DNA of 64,000 bases from Epithemia pelagica (taxonomy: Eukaryota; Protista; Bacillariophyta), in NCBI GenBank assembly GCA_946965045.2, contig OX337230.1, positions 1,612,001-1,676,000 on the forward strand, in the 5' to 3' direction. The first letter of the stretch is position 1, and each line of letters starts with the position of its first letter. The position numbers and the translations under genes were made by a program. The notes beneath the pieces were generated by a model. It was given only the letters and a program-made list of their open reading frames with translations, searched no databases and was not told the origin of the DNA. Positions 1 through 8,876 of this stretch are shown here, in pieces.

Positions 1-1270
1 TCAGGTTTTCCTTTGCCCAGCATTCAAACTTGACCTTTGCTTCAGGTATGTGAACGAATAAGACGGGCGATGGCTCTTTCCCAATATGAACGTGGTAGTT
101 GGGATGAGGGAAACTGTCGTTTTCCCGAAAGTACCTGTGAAAATGAGCAATGGTCTTGGGATGTTTTTTTACTTTTTCACCATAAATCTGTTCCATTTTG
201 CTAATGGCTTTGCTTATGCAGTTCAGCCATGTACGACCGTGTGGCATATCAAGCAACGCTATCTTATAAGAAAGTTGTAAATACGTTGCCTTGAGCAGTA
301 CCCTCTGTTGCTGTTCCTGGTTGAGGGGGAAGATGTCTCCCTTGTTAACCACATTCGGAAGTGCCTCCACGTTGGAAATGGCCCTCTCAAGGGTTTCTAT
401 CCATCGCTCAAGATTTCGTTTTGACGATCCTGGAGAATCGCATTTGCTGGTAAAGAGCCTACGGTTCCTTGGCTCATCAAAATAGGTGCTTTCCATTTGT
501 TGCGATAGACCTTGGATCATCTCACTCTCGAAAACTGAAAAACCAATTGGCAAACTCTGTGGATGGTCATGGCCGATTTCGTCTGTGGCCAATTCAGGAT
601 GTTGGATTGCTCCAACAAGCACCTGATTTGTGTTGTCGTGAGGTGGTGACGTTTGCATTTCGGTAGGGCTGTCTCCAATTTGTGGCGGTTGACCATGTTG
701 CTGCGTTGCAGTGCTCTTGATTGCTGGTGGAGTTGAAGTGTTTCTTGCTTGCTTGGATGTATTTAGCGTGCCTTCACGCAACCCTGGTGACTCTTCGTTC
801 CTTCGCTTCGTTGGCTTCGCTCGTCCCGACCGCCGAATCACATTCTCGGCTGCAGCCTCCAGCCATTCTTGATGATCGTCCAACATCACTTGCAGGGTTG
901 TTGTGTCTTTAGAGATGTAATAGAATGTGAAGCGTTCCCTTTTGATCGTATCTCTGTAGCGGTAGAAGCCATACTTGTTTGGCTTTTCAACATCATCGAA
1001 ACACATTGCAATGCTTTTTTCTCTTCGGAAAGCACGGTTCATTTCCAGCACAGACAATCCTGGCAACCAAGTGTTCATATATCCTACAAGCTCGACATCT
1101 TGGAACCACTTGTTGCAGAATCCAAACACGGTGGGTGAGCACTGCTTCCGAAACAGTTCAACAATCTCGTTCCCAGAAAAAATTCGTTCAATCCGAGACT
1201 GTGCTGCGTGAGGTGAGTCCGATGATCGTGTCATTGTGGATGATGTCGATGCGTTGAACTGTTGCCCCAT
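1..1270 (-). CDS. Putative DNA-transposon transposase, N-terminal part (3' end runs off the window start)
   Basis: Hand translation gives an uninterrupted minus-strand ORF from ATG 1270 to the window edge (423 codons, absent from the ORF track because it has no stop). It ends in ...FHRYFRENDSFPHPNYHVHIGKEPSPVLFVHIPEAKVKFECWAKENL, which resembles the pre-catalytic region of diatom IS630/Tc1/mariner-like transposases (recalled, not searched). No DDE domain is visible in the window. Confidence 0.45.
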   Translation of the reverse strand, partial: MGQQFNASTSSTMTRSSDSPHAAQSRIERIFSGNEIVELFRKQCSPTVFGFCNKWFQDVELVGYMNTWLPGLSVLEMNRAFRREKSIAMCFDDVEKPNKYGFYRYRDTIKRERFTFYYISKDTTTLQVMLDDHQEWLEAAAENVIRRSGRAKPTKRRNEESPGLREGTLNTSKQARNTSTPPAIKSTATQQHGQPPQIGDSPTEMQTSPPHDNTNQVLVGAIQHPELATDEIGHDHPQSLPIGFSVFESEMIQGLSQQMESTYFDEPRNRRLFTSKCDSPGSSKRNLERWIETLERAISNVEALPNVVNKGDIFPLNQEQQQRVLLKATYLQLSYKIALLDMPHGRTWLNCISKAISKMEQIYGEKVKKHPKTIAHFHRYFRENDSFPHPNYHVHIGKEPSPVLFVHIPEAKVKFECWAKENL

Positions 1271-1392
1271 TGGGGGTGGTTCAAGTAAACCCTAAAGCAT
1301 CCGGATGCAGCTCGGCAACAGTTGACAGACGGACCATACTCGGATCCAAGATTACACTCAAGACTAAAAACTATGTTGTCTTGCGCAACCAC

Positions 1393-2685
1393 ATGAATAT
1401 TAGGTATCCTCGCTCTGGATACCCACATGGAGTACAGCACGAATATCATGGTGGCAAAGCATTTGGACGCACACAGAGAATCAATCCTGGCTCTGTATCT
1501 GGAACCCAAGTAGGTATCCAAGACAATGATCATGGCAACGCAACTGGGGCAAAGCTGGGAGACAATGGCAACCCAATTGGGGCAGAGCTGGGAAATCTAT
1601 CTGATCACTTGGCTAGACCTAAAGTGAGAGTTCAGAATGATGGAATAGAGATGAACCAAGATGATGGTTCTTGTAATATCAAGAATGAACAAATCATGGG
1701 TAACCTTTCATCTAGCTATGCTGGCAATGGAGTCAACGAAGCCTTGAACAATCCTAAAGCTAGGAGTAGCTATAATGGCAATCAACTTGGAGCCAAGATC
1801 GATCACACTAGTTCTAGCTATTTAGCATCGCTTGGAGAGAAGCTAGTTCTATCTAGATCAATCTCGCAACCAAAATGCAAAGAGGGGGTGACAGTTCCAA
1901 AGAATTCCCCTTCAGCAGCAAATGGGAGAGCACTAGTTCTGGAAAAAGACCTTCCAACATCAGAAAGGGGGGCAATATGTTTGGAAAAAGACCAACCGGA
2001 TGAACACGGACAGAGAGCTACTTCGCACTATGTTGACTACCCAAATAGAGTCGAATGGGGAGAAGTAAACTATGATGGCAATGGAAGTGGAGCTCAGAAG
2101 GGATATCATCGTTGTGATGATGATTTTATTGATGGAGAAGACTCAGGAATGGAGGATTATTTTGATGAACATGATATTAGCCATGAAATCATTTTTCTAG
2201 ACGATCATGATGGAATCAGCAATGGCTACATTATCAATCTCCTCTTCATCCACAAGATGAAACATAGAGGACGATCACTACCTTTTGTGACGACAAATTC
2301 ATCAGAGGCATGTGGAGGCAAACACATCTATCATAAAGGAAATGATGGACTTAGATTTGGCATGCCATGGGGAGACAATATGGGGAGAAATTTAAAGAGT
2401 TGGAGAAAACTAAGTCCTAGGGGACCTATGGTTTTCTGTGTCAATGCTAGCATGACTAGCCGAGCTATGCGTTCAATGACAAATGTTCATTATGGACGAG
2501 AAATTGGGGAGAAATCAAGATTTGTTGTAAATTTGGTGTGTCAATTTGATTTGGTGTGTAAATCTGAATCAAGGGGAGTCGCACAAGTTATAGGTATCCG
2601 ATCGAGTCGTCTCGATAAGGAGTACACCTTCTTGTGGTTGATTCACTTAACACACCGTAGACAAGACTCGAACTTTCATAACTAG
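1393..2685 (+). CDS. Orphan G/N/D-rich ORF (430 aa), probably transposon-internal
   Basis: Long open frame (1270-2685, first ATG 1393), divergent from the transposase-like ORF. No recognisable domain, short degenerate repeats (GAKLGDNGNPIGAELGN / NGNQLGAKID), CpG-poor. Confidence 0.35.
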   Translation: MNIRYPRSGYPHGVQHEYHGGKAFGRTQRINPGSVSGTQVGIQDNDHGNATGAKLGDNGNPIGAELGNLSDHLARPKVRVQNDGIEMNQDDGSCNIKNEQIMGNLSSSYAGNGVNEALNNPKARSSYNGNQLGAKIDHTSSSYLASLGEKLVLSRSISQPKCKEGVTVPKNSPSAANGRALVLEKDLPTSERGAICLEKDQPDEHGQRATSHYVDYPNRVEWGEVNYDGNGSGAQKGYHRCDDDFIDGEDSGMEDYFDEHDISHEIIFLDDHDGISNGYIINLLFIHKMKHRGRSLPFVTTNSSEACGGKHIYHKGNDGLRFGMPWGDNMGRNLKSWRKLSPRGPMVFCVNASMTSRAMRSMTNVHYGREIGEKSRFVVNLVCQFDLVCKSESRGVAQVIGIRSSRLDKEYTFLWLIHLTHRRQDSNFHN

Positions 2686-3512
2686 TTCTCTAGGTATGCT
2701 ATAGAAGACGAGATTGGCGCCATTGACCATGACGGGACTACCAACATTGGCTTACGAGCTCGTACATGTGAGAATCAAAGATACATGTGAGAACCTGTGG
2801 TCATTGGGAAATGGACAATCATCCAAGGATACGTACAGGATACGTAGCCACGGTACATTAGAGATATGACCCAGTAGATCCTCGTAGCCTTAGTACATTT
2901 GGGAAGAAATGCACGTAGGATCTCTGTACCCAGTACTGGGGATAATAACCTAATGTGGCAGCAAAGACAGCCATGGGGAAAGACATACAAATCTAGAATA
3001 AAGCTCACAATCTAAAATCTCACCATTCATCACATCTCTTTGTGTCCTACCTACTCTCCTAGTAGTTGTTGGCCTTTTCCTTGACCCGTGAGGAACTGGC
3101 TACGTAGTTGGTGACTCCTGATTGTCCTCTTTGCTCTCTGTCTGCTGAGGCTTTGGTACAGCCTCTAAAACCTAACACTCACCACATTCCTGTTTGGGCA
3201 GACGCCCTTTAACCTTTGCGACCCGTACTTGTAGTTCGTAGAGATACCAGAATGAACTCGAATGAAAGATGACACCCCTCCTTTTCTTGTCCACGAAGGG
3301 CAACGTGGAAGCCGTCGGATGGCTCTGTCACTTCTCACGAAGAACAGAGTCCGGAGTCTACAATAGCCACAGACAGACAGACGATCTACTGTGGTATAGT
3401 AGTTGGGTGTTTGCTAGGTTTTTCGGTGAAGATCGACTTTTGACTTTTGGCTTTTGGCCCCCCGTCGACGTCAACGCGTCAATCCTGTATAAGTCTTTCG
3501 CGGCGGCGGGCG

Positions 3513-5267
3513 ATGGAAGTTGCCGCCACCACCAACAACAATGGCAACCTGGAGAAACTTACACTGTCTGGGAGCTTGAGCAGTGACAAAAAGATTATGG
3601 TGACAAACGACGAGGATGAAGATGTGGATCCTTCTAGCAGTGACGCGCAGAGTTCTTCGACGGGGGTTGTGGAAGAATCGGTAACAACAAGACCAACAGC
3701 CGCCCCAGAGGCATCCAAGGTGTTGTTTGTGGGGGGACCGACGGAGGAAGCCGCGTTTTGTTTGTTGGATGGATTTGTGGATGATCCATCCAACGGCAGA
3801 GTCCCATTCCGGCTACCGATTAATCGACTACCGGCAAGCTTGGGCCGCACTCATGTGCCTACGGAGAATGCCCAGAATTTTTTTGGTTTGGGCAAGACCG
3901 TCAAAGCACTCTCTCGTCTACAATGCAAAATCGAGTATCGAAACAAGCAGGGAACTATTGAACCCTTGGAAGATCCGTCTTTGAATTCAACACCCAAGCT
4001 AGAGACGTCGAAACTCACAAAATTGTACAATCCGTCCAAGGTAAAAGATTTGGATGAGGAGGAGACTGGCTACTTTGTGGTCACATGTTTGGGCAAAAAT
4101 CCCATCAAGGTAAACGGACAGAAGGTGGAGCAACATGAATCTTGTATTCTAGTTCATGGGTCGGCCATTAAGATTTCGGCCTTTAGTTTGTACTTTTTGC
4201 TACCGGAGGAATCGGACGACGAAGAGCTGCGAACTCTGGAACTCCCCGCACCCACGTCGCCGGATGGAACGACGGTTCCCAACAAAAAGCGTTCACGCAT
4301 CGCCATGGAAACAGGCTCGTCTTCCAATGTTGTGGAACCTGTCACAAGCTCGAGTAGTGCTGCTGCTTCAAGTACGGGTGGAGGAGGACAGAAAAAACAG
4401 GGGAGAGGCAATGCCTGGACTTCCATCCAAGAGCAGCTGGATGCAATGTCTACCGACGATCTGTTGAGCCAATTGAGTGCAGCCTTGGACAGGGGTATTT
4501 GGGATCGTCGATGTCAGTTCATGGGTGCCACTGTAGCGTATCGTGCCGTCAGAGAAGCTGCATGGGACCCTGACATTCAACAAAAAGCCGCCGAGGGTGG
4601 AGTTTCCAAGGCCGAAGTTGTAGAATGGATACACTCGTCAGAACGCTTCATGGATTGGGCCTCCATTATGAAAATCAAGTTGGAACCCAAGAGTTATCAG
4701 TCGAGTATTTCCAAAGCCATGACACGTGCGGGGTACGAACGAATCAACAACAAGAATTTCGGTCGACATGTACGATGGTACCTACCGGCTAATATCCATG
4801 ACAATCCGAATCGGGAAGAAATCGAGCGAAATTCACGCAAAAAGAAAATGGATAAAGAAGGCAATAACGAAAAAGAGGCTGACGACGAGGAGGAAGAAGA
4901 TGGCGCCGAGAATGAAGAACGAAATGAGGATGTCGAAAATGAACAAGAGTTGGGGGATGGTCAGGAAGATGAAGATGGGAGTGAGGGAGAAGATGTGGAC
5001 AACAACGAAGAAGGATCAGGCGACGAGGGGGCTGACGACGACGTTGCTGATCACGATGATGAAGAGGAGGAGGAGGATGCAAAAGGCGAGAACAAGGATG
5101 CCATGGAAAAGGAGGAAACGACCTGGATGGACCAAGAAGACAACGACGATGAAGTGGTGGATGACGACGAAAACGCGAACGGGCACGAAGACATAGACGA
5201 AGAAGGAGATACATCCAATCAAGACGATGATGACGCCATCAACAAGACTGAAAAAATGGACACATAG
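3513..5267 (+). CDS. FHA-domain nuclear protein with long acidic C-terminal tail (584 aa)
   Basis: FHA-like motifs GKTVKALSRLQCKIEY and GYFVVTCLGKNPIKVNG...LVHGSAIKISAFSLYFLLP, basic NLS-like PNKKRSR, about 120-aa D/E-rich tail. Confidence 0.65.
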   Translation: MEVAATTNNNGNLEKLTLSGSLSSDKKIMVTNDEDEDVDPSSSDAQSSSTGVVEESVTTRPTAAPEASKVLFVGGPTEEAAFCLLDGFVDDPSNGRVPFRLPINRLPASLGRTHVPTENAQNFFGLGKTVKALSRLQCKIEYRNKQGTIEPLEDPSLNSTPKLETSKLTKLYNPSKVKDLDEEETGYFVVTCLGKNPIKVNGQKVEQHESCILVHGSAIKISAFSLYFLLPEESDDEELRTLELPAPTSPDGTTVPNKKRSRIAMETGSSSNVVEPVTSSSSAAASSTGGGGQKKQGRGNAWTSIQEQLDAMSTDDLLSQLSAALDRGIWDRRCQFMGATVAYRAVREAAWDPDIQQKAAEGGVSKAEVVEWIHSSERFMDWASIMKIKLEPKSYQSSISKAMTRAGYERINNKNFGRHVRWYLPANIHDNPNREEIERNSRKKKMDKEGNNEKEADDEEEEDGAENEERNEDVENEQELGDGQEDEDGSEGEDVDNNEEGSGDEGADDDVADHDDEEEEEDAKGENKDAMEKEETTWMDQEDNDDEVVDDDENANGHEDIDEEGDTSNQDDDDAINKTEKMDT

Positions 5268-5545
5268 ACACCTAGCCGTACATGTTTCGGGTACCTGTAA
5301 GAAATGCGTAGTAAAGACAGGTAGGAGCTTGTCGTTTCTACTTTGCTGCCGAAACGTCAAAACAGAATGAATCCATCCATGGCTACTTTGTCCATAGTCA
5401 AGTGTCGAAAAAAATAAGGGCAGATGATGATGATTCTCTCATCGTCCACTGCGTACCAACATATCCAGTACGGATCACTTGTAGTTCTTGCCTAGACCAC
5501 ATTGTCGGAGAATAAATGTACACTGGAAAGTCATGCAGTGGTCGT

Positions 5546-6712
5546 TCAAGCTAATGTAAGCGTTGTGACCCATACATCTGTTCGTGGTTGGTGGAAATGG
5601 CAAGGAAAAAGGATTGGAGGCAATGATGTGATCTCTTCTCGTTTGCTTCGAATGTGCCGATCCGCAAGTGCCTGCTCCAACATACGATAGGTTTCCAAGT
5701 TGCGCCTGGTTGTTGCCAAAATCGCCTGCTTTGGCTTCTTCCCTCGCGTCTCTTTGCGATTGTCGCATGACGACAAAAAGAAGTAGATTGTGTTGACCAA
5801 GCTTGTGAGCACAGATCGATCGTAGGCAACGTCCGCGGCAAGAAGCACGTCCGATTTGGACAGCAAGCGCTGGGCGCATTGATGTTGTTCGGTTTCACTA
5901 GTTTTGTTGTCGTCATCTTCGTCAAACCATGTCCAATCTAAACACCCAGCTTCCAAAATTCTACTGGTGTGGTCCAGTGGAGCTGTCAGATCATGCCCTT
6001 CCGCGAGTACTTTCTGTGTTCGACATTGCGCAAGCCATACTTGATTCATATCAATATTGTGTTGTAGATTTTCCAGGCAAATGGGAGTCAAGTCTGTGCA
6101 ATACATCCCTTGTATTTTGGAACACGCTGCGAGGGCAAGTGCCGTCGCTCCAGTGCCAGATCCAAGTTCGACCACGTATTGACCAGAGAGCCGACTTGGA
6201 TGGGCCACAAGGTATTCCGCCAAAAAAGCACCCGCCTCCCATAGACGAAGGGCAACATCGTTGTGTTTCGGATACACTTTAACACGAAGAGGATGATCTC
6301 CAGTGCATGTGGATTTCTGTTCTGCTGTTTTCTCCTCCGAGTCTAGAGGCATCCAGAAGGACAGGTAGCAAGAGGTGTCGAGTTCGGTGGTAGTTGTGGA
6401 GGACCCAGGATCGTTTTGTGAAGACGAGAACGAGAGGACTTGTAGCAAGACCTCCATCAATACTTCCGACTCTAGATTTTCATCTCCGACCCTCTTGACA
6501 AAAAGTTTGACCAGGTGAGAAAGATACGACTTGGATGGACTGTACGGATCGTGCCATGCTCTTTGGACTGCCGCAGCAAATCTATCTTGCTTTGTGGCTG
6601 CTTTCATATCGTCACCGCCCGTTAAAGCAACTTGAACAACGCAAGGGGCGGGTGCCATTGCGTAGATACACGCCTCCAGGGAGAAAGACTCGAAAGGTTG
6701 ACATTCTTCCAT
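5546..6712 (-). CDS. Class I SAM-dependent protein-lysine methyltransferase (Methyltransf_16, EEF2KMT/FAM86/METTL21-like), 388 aa
   Basis: LRLWEAGAFLAEYL, motif I VVELGSGTG, post-I YCTD, LENLQHNIDMN, LDW and DVLLAADVAYD family motifs. Confidence 0.85.
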   Translation of the reverse strand: MEECQPFESFSLEACIYAMAPAPCVVQVALTGGDDMKAATKQDRFAAAVQRAWHDPYSPSKSYLSHLVKLFVKRVGDENLESEVLMEVLLQVLSFSSSQNDPGSSTTTTELDTSCYLSFWMPLDSEEKTAEQKSTCTGDHPLRVKVYPKHNDVALRLWEAGAFLAEYLVAHPSRLSGQYVVELGSGTGATALALAACSKIQGMYCTDLTPICLENLQHNIDMNQVWLAQCRTQKVLAEGHDLTAPLDHTSRILEAGCLDWTWFDEDDDNKTSETEQHQCAQRLLSKSDVLLAADVAYDRSVLTSLVNTIYFFLSSCDNRKETRGKKPKQAILATTRRNLETYRMLEQALADRHIRSKREEITSLPPILFPCHFHQPRTDVWVTTLTLA

Positions 6713-6932
6713 TCCGCATCAGCTCTCTAGAAAGTGATGGTCTGATCTTCCTAAAGATCTTCGTTGTTTTGTCATTCAAGTTTTCAGCGACTGCGTTTTT
6801 TGTTCGCATTTTATTCGGGTTTGAAAATGCCGTTTTGAAAATTTGCGCAGGTTTGCCGAATGCCGATTCCGAATTGCGTGCATGTTCCATGGAGGTTCAA
6901 TGCTCTCGTCCACTTTTTCGAAACCATCGAAG

Positions 6933-8306
6933 ATGGAGAGCAACCCTGATTCAGAGTCGTCGTCGAGTGTTGAACCACTGTATATCACCGTCGGACCACC
7001 CGCTTGTGGAAAATCGTATTGGATAGCGGCTCATCGGTCCAGTGGGAAACCAGTTCGAGACATTTGCTTGGATGACCAACCTGATGTGTATATTCCTATC
7101 AAGAGTCAACACTTTTTGCGAAGTGATTCGTCGTCTGTCCCAAGACAGCAGTCCGATGACGATACCAAACGTTTGAAGGAGTCTTGGTTCGGACGCACCC
7201 TACGGCAGCGAATTATCGAGGATAATATTGAGTTAAATCTCATCGCGCAGCGATGTGCTGGTCAGTTGAGTAAGGACGAAATGCGAGATTCCTTGTCAAG
7301 TCACATTAAAAGAGGAAGCAACAACCATAATAGCCCTCTGCCGCCTCTGAGTGCCCGCCTTATTCGCTCGGCACTGGAGTGTTATGAGGCAGTGTTGGCC
7401 GAAAAGGGCGATAATCTTGCTCTCCCAGACACGACAGATCTTTTCATCGTAGAAGGCATCTTCAAAACGCATCCAGTGTCCAATCAAAGCGCTTTGGATG
7501 CCACCCATGCGACCTTGTCTTCCGTACCCTCTAATGAGCCAACGTCATGGGGCAACACCAACACCAAAGCTACGGACTACCGACAAGCTTTGCTTGCAGC
7601 CGCGAAACAAGGACGTCCGGTATACTTTGTGGTGTATAATGCTTTGGACGACCTCGATCGATCTCGTACAAACGGAAGGCAGTCAGAAACTCCAACGAGA
7701 ACCATGGAAACGGACTTAGAATCGATTGGTTTCGAGGGGCTGTTGAGACGGAACTTGACCCGCTACTTAGAGTCTGGTCGCTACGTTCCCATCCGCGTGA
7801 TTTGGGATATGCTTCATCGAACGAACTTGTTACTCAAAGACGTGCTACGGAATGCGCCTCCGTCTCATCGAGTGGAACGTTTGCAACGTGACCAAGCCCT
7901 GGTGGCCCTGTCTGGATTACAAATGATGGACAATCGTGCCATCCGGAAGCAGCAGCATTCTCCACGGCGCCCAGTCCAGAATCATGCTTCATCTCAAGGT
8001 TGCTCGCATTCACGTGCACGATATTCCAATCACGGTCGACATTCAAATAGTCAGCCGAATAGATGGAACCGAGGATCGGGACGTGGTTTTGGTGGAAACA
8101 GAAACAACCACCATCCGGGACAAATCCTTTCGGAAGGTCGGGAGACCTCTCGTTTCCATGAATCCGCGCCACGAAGGCCGCCAGGCAACTACCCTGGACG
8201 ATCCCACCAAGGCTTTCAGTCCTCCCATAAGAATGAGGTTTATAGGAGAGGACCAACAAAGGACACGAGTGGTGTTGAAGTGTCATCGAAACGATTTCGT
8301 TATTGA
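6933..8306 (+). CDS. P-loop kinase-like protein (AAA_33/polynucleotide-kinase-like) with R/G/N/S/H-rich C-terminal tail (457 aa)
   Basis: Walker A ITVGPPACGKSYW, WGNTNT (cf. DNTN of PNK-type kinases), LLRRNLTRYLESGRYVP lid-like segment. Divergent from the methyltransferase across 220 bp. Confidence 0.6.
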   Translation: MESNPDSESSSSVEPLYITVGPPACGKSYWIAAHRSSGKPVRDICLDDQPDVYIPIKSQHFLRSDSSSVPRQQSDDDTKRLKESWFGRTLRQRIIEDNIELNLIAQRCAGQLSKDEMRDSLSSHIKRGSNNHNSPLPPLSARLIRSALECYEAVLAEKGDNLALPDTTDLFIVEGIFKTHPVSNQSALDATHATLSSVPSNEPTSWGNTNTKATDYRQALLAAAKQGRPVYFVVYNALDDLDRSRTNGRQSETPTRTMETDLESIGFEGLLRRNLTRYLESGRYVPIRVIWDMLHRTNLLLKDVLRNAPPSHRVERLQRDQALVALSGLQMMDNRAIRKQQHSPRRPVQNHASSQGCSHSRARYSNHGRHSNSQPNRWNRGSGRGFGGNRNNHHPGQILSEGRETSRFHESAPRRPPGNYPGRSHQGFQSSHKNEVYRRGPTKDTSGVEVSSKRFRY

Positions 8307-8598
8307 TTGGCATGCAAAATCATGTTTTGACATGTTCTGCGACTTCTGTGAGACCGAGGATGGTCACGAAGAACTGTACGAGTGCCCGATGAAGGAGATA
8401 CAGTCTCGCATTGCAATCGCCCAGACCAAGGCACTGTTTCTCGAGAGCAACAGAGACAAGCCGAATGAGCATGCTTGATTGGGCTCCATTTGTGGGTGAC
8501 CAAATGAATGGTACACGAGTGGCTACCATGCTTTTCGAAGCGATCCCTCAATCGGCTAGCTCTTGTCCTGGGGAATCAGTTTTATTAATGGAACTTCA

Positions 8599-8710
8599 TC
8601 CTAGGAGTAAGTCGACCGAGGAAACCAGTAGGAGTAATTCCTAGGAGTAGTCCCCAGCGCTACCTAGGAGCTAGGAGTAGCTTTTCATTTTTCAACCTCC
8701 TACTCCTAGC
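8599..8710. promoter_or_regulatory. Cluster of CTAGGAG(TAG) motifs upstream of the HSP90-N/DUF2009 gene
   Basis: CTAGGAG at 8601, 8641, 8664 and 8671, and inverted CTCCTAG at 8703. Regulatory role is inferred from position only. Confidence 0.35.
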
Positions 8711-8876
8711 AAATCCTTCCATTGTAATTTTTGAATTTGAATTCAAACATCTAGCCTGGAAACCCACGGATCATGGATGACGAGAAAGAGAGATCGGCAT
8801 GGGAAAACAACATTTGAGCATCATAATTTACCTCGGCTTGTTTGCTTGAAAACCTTTTCTCACGTTTCTCTTAGAA

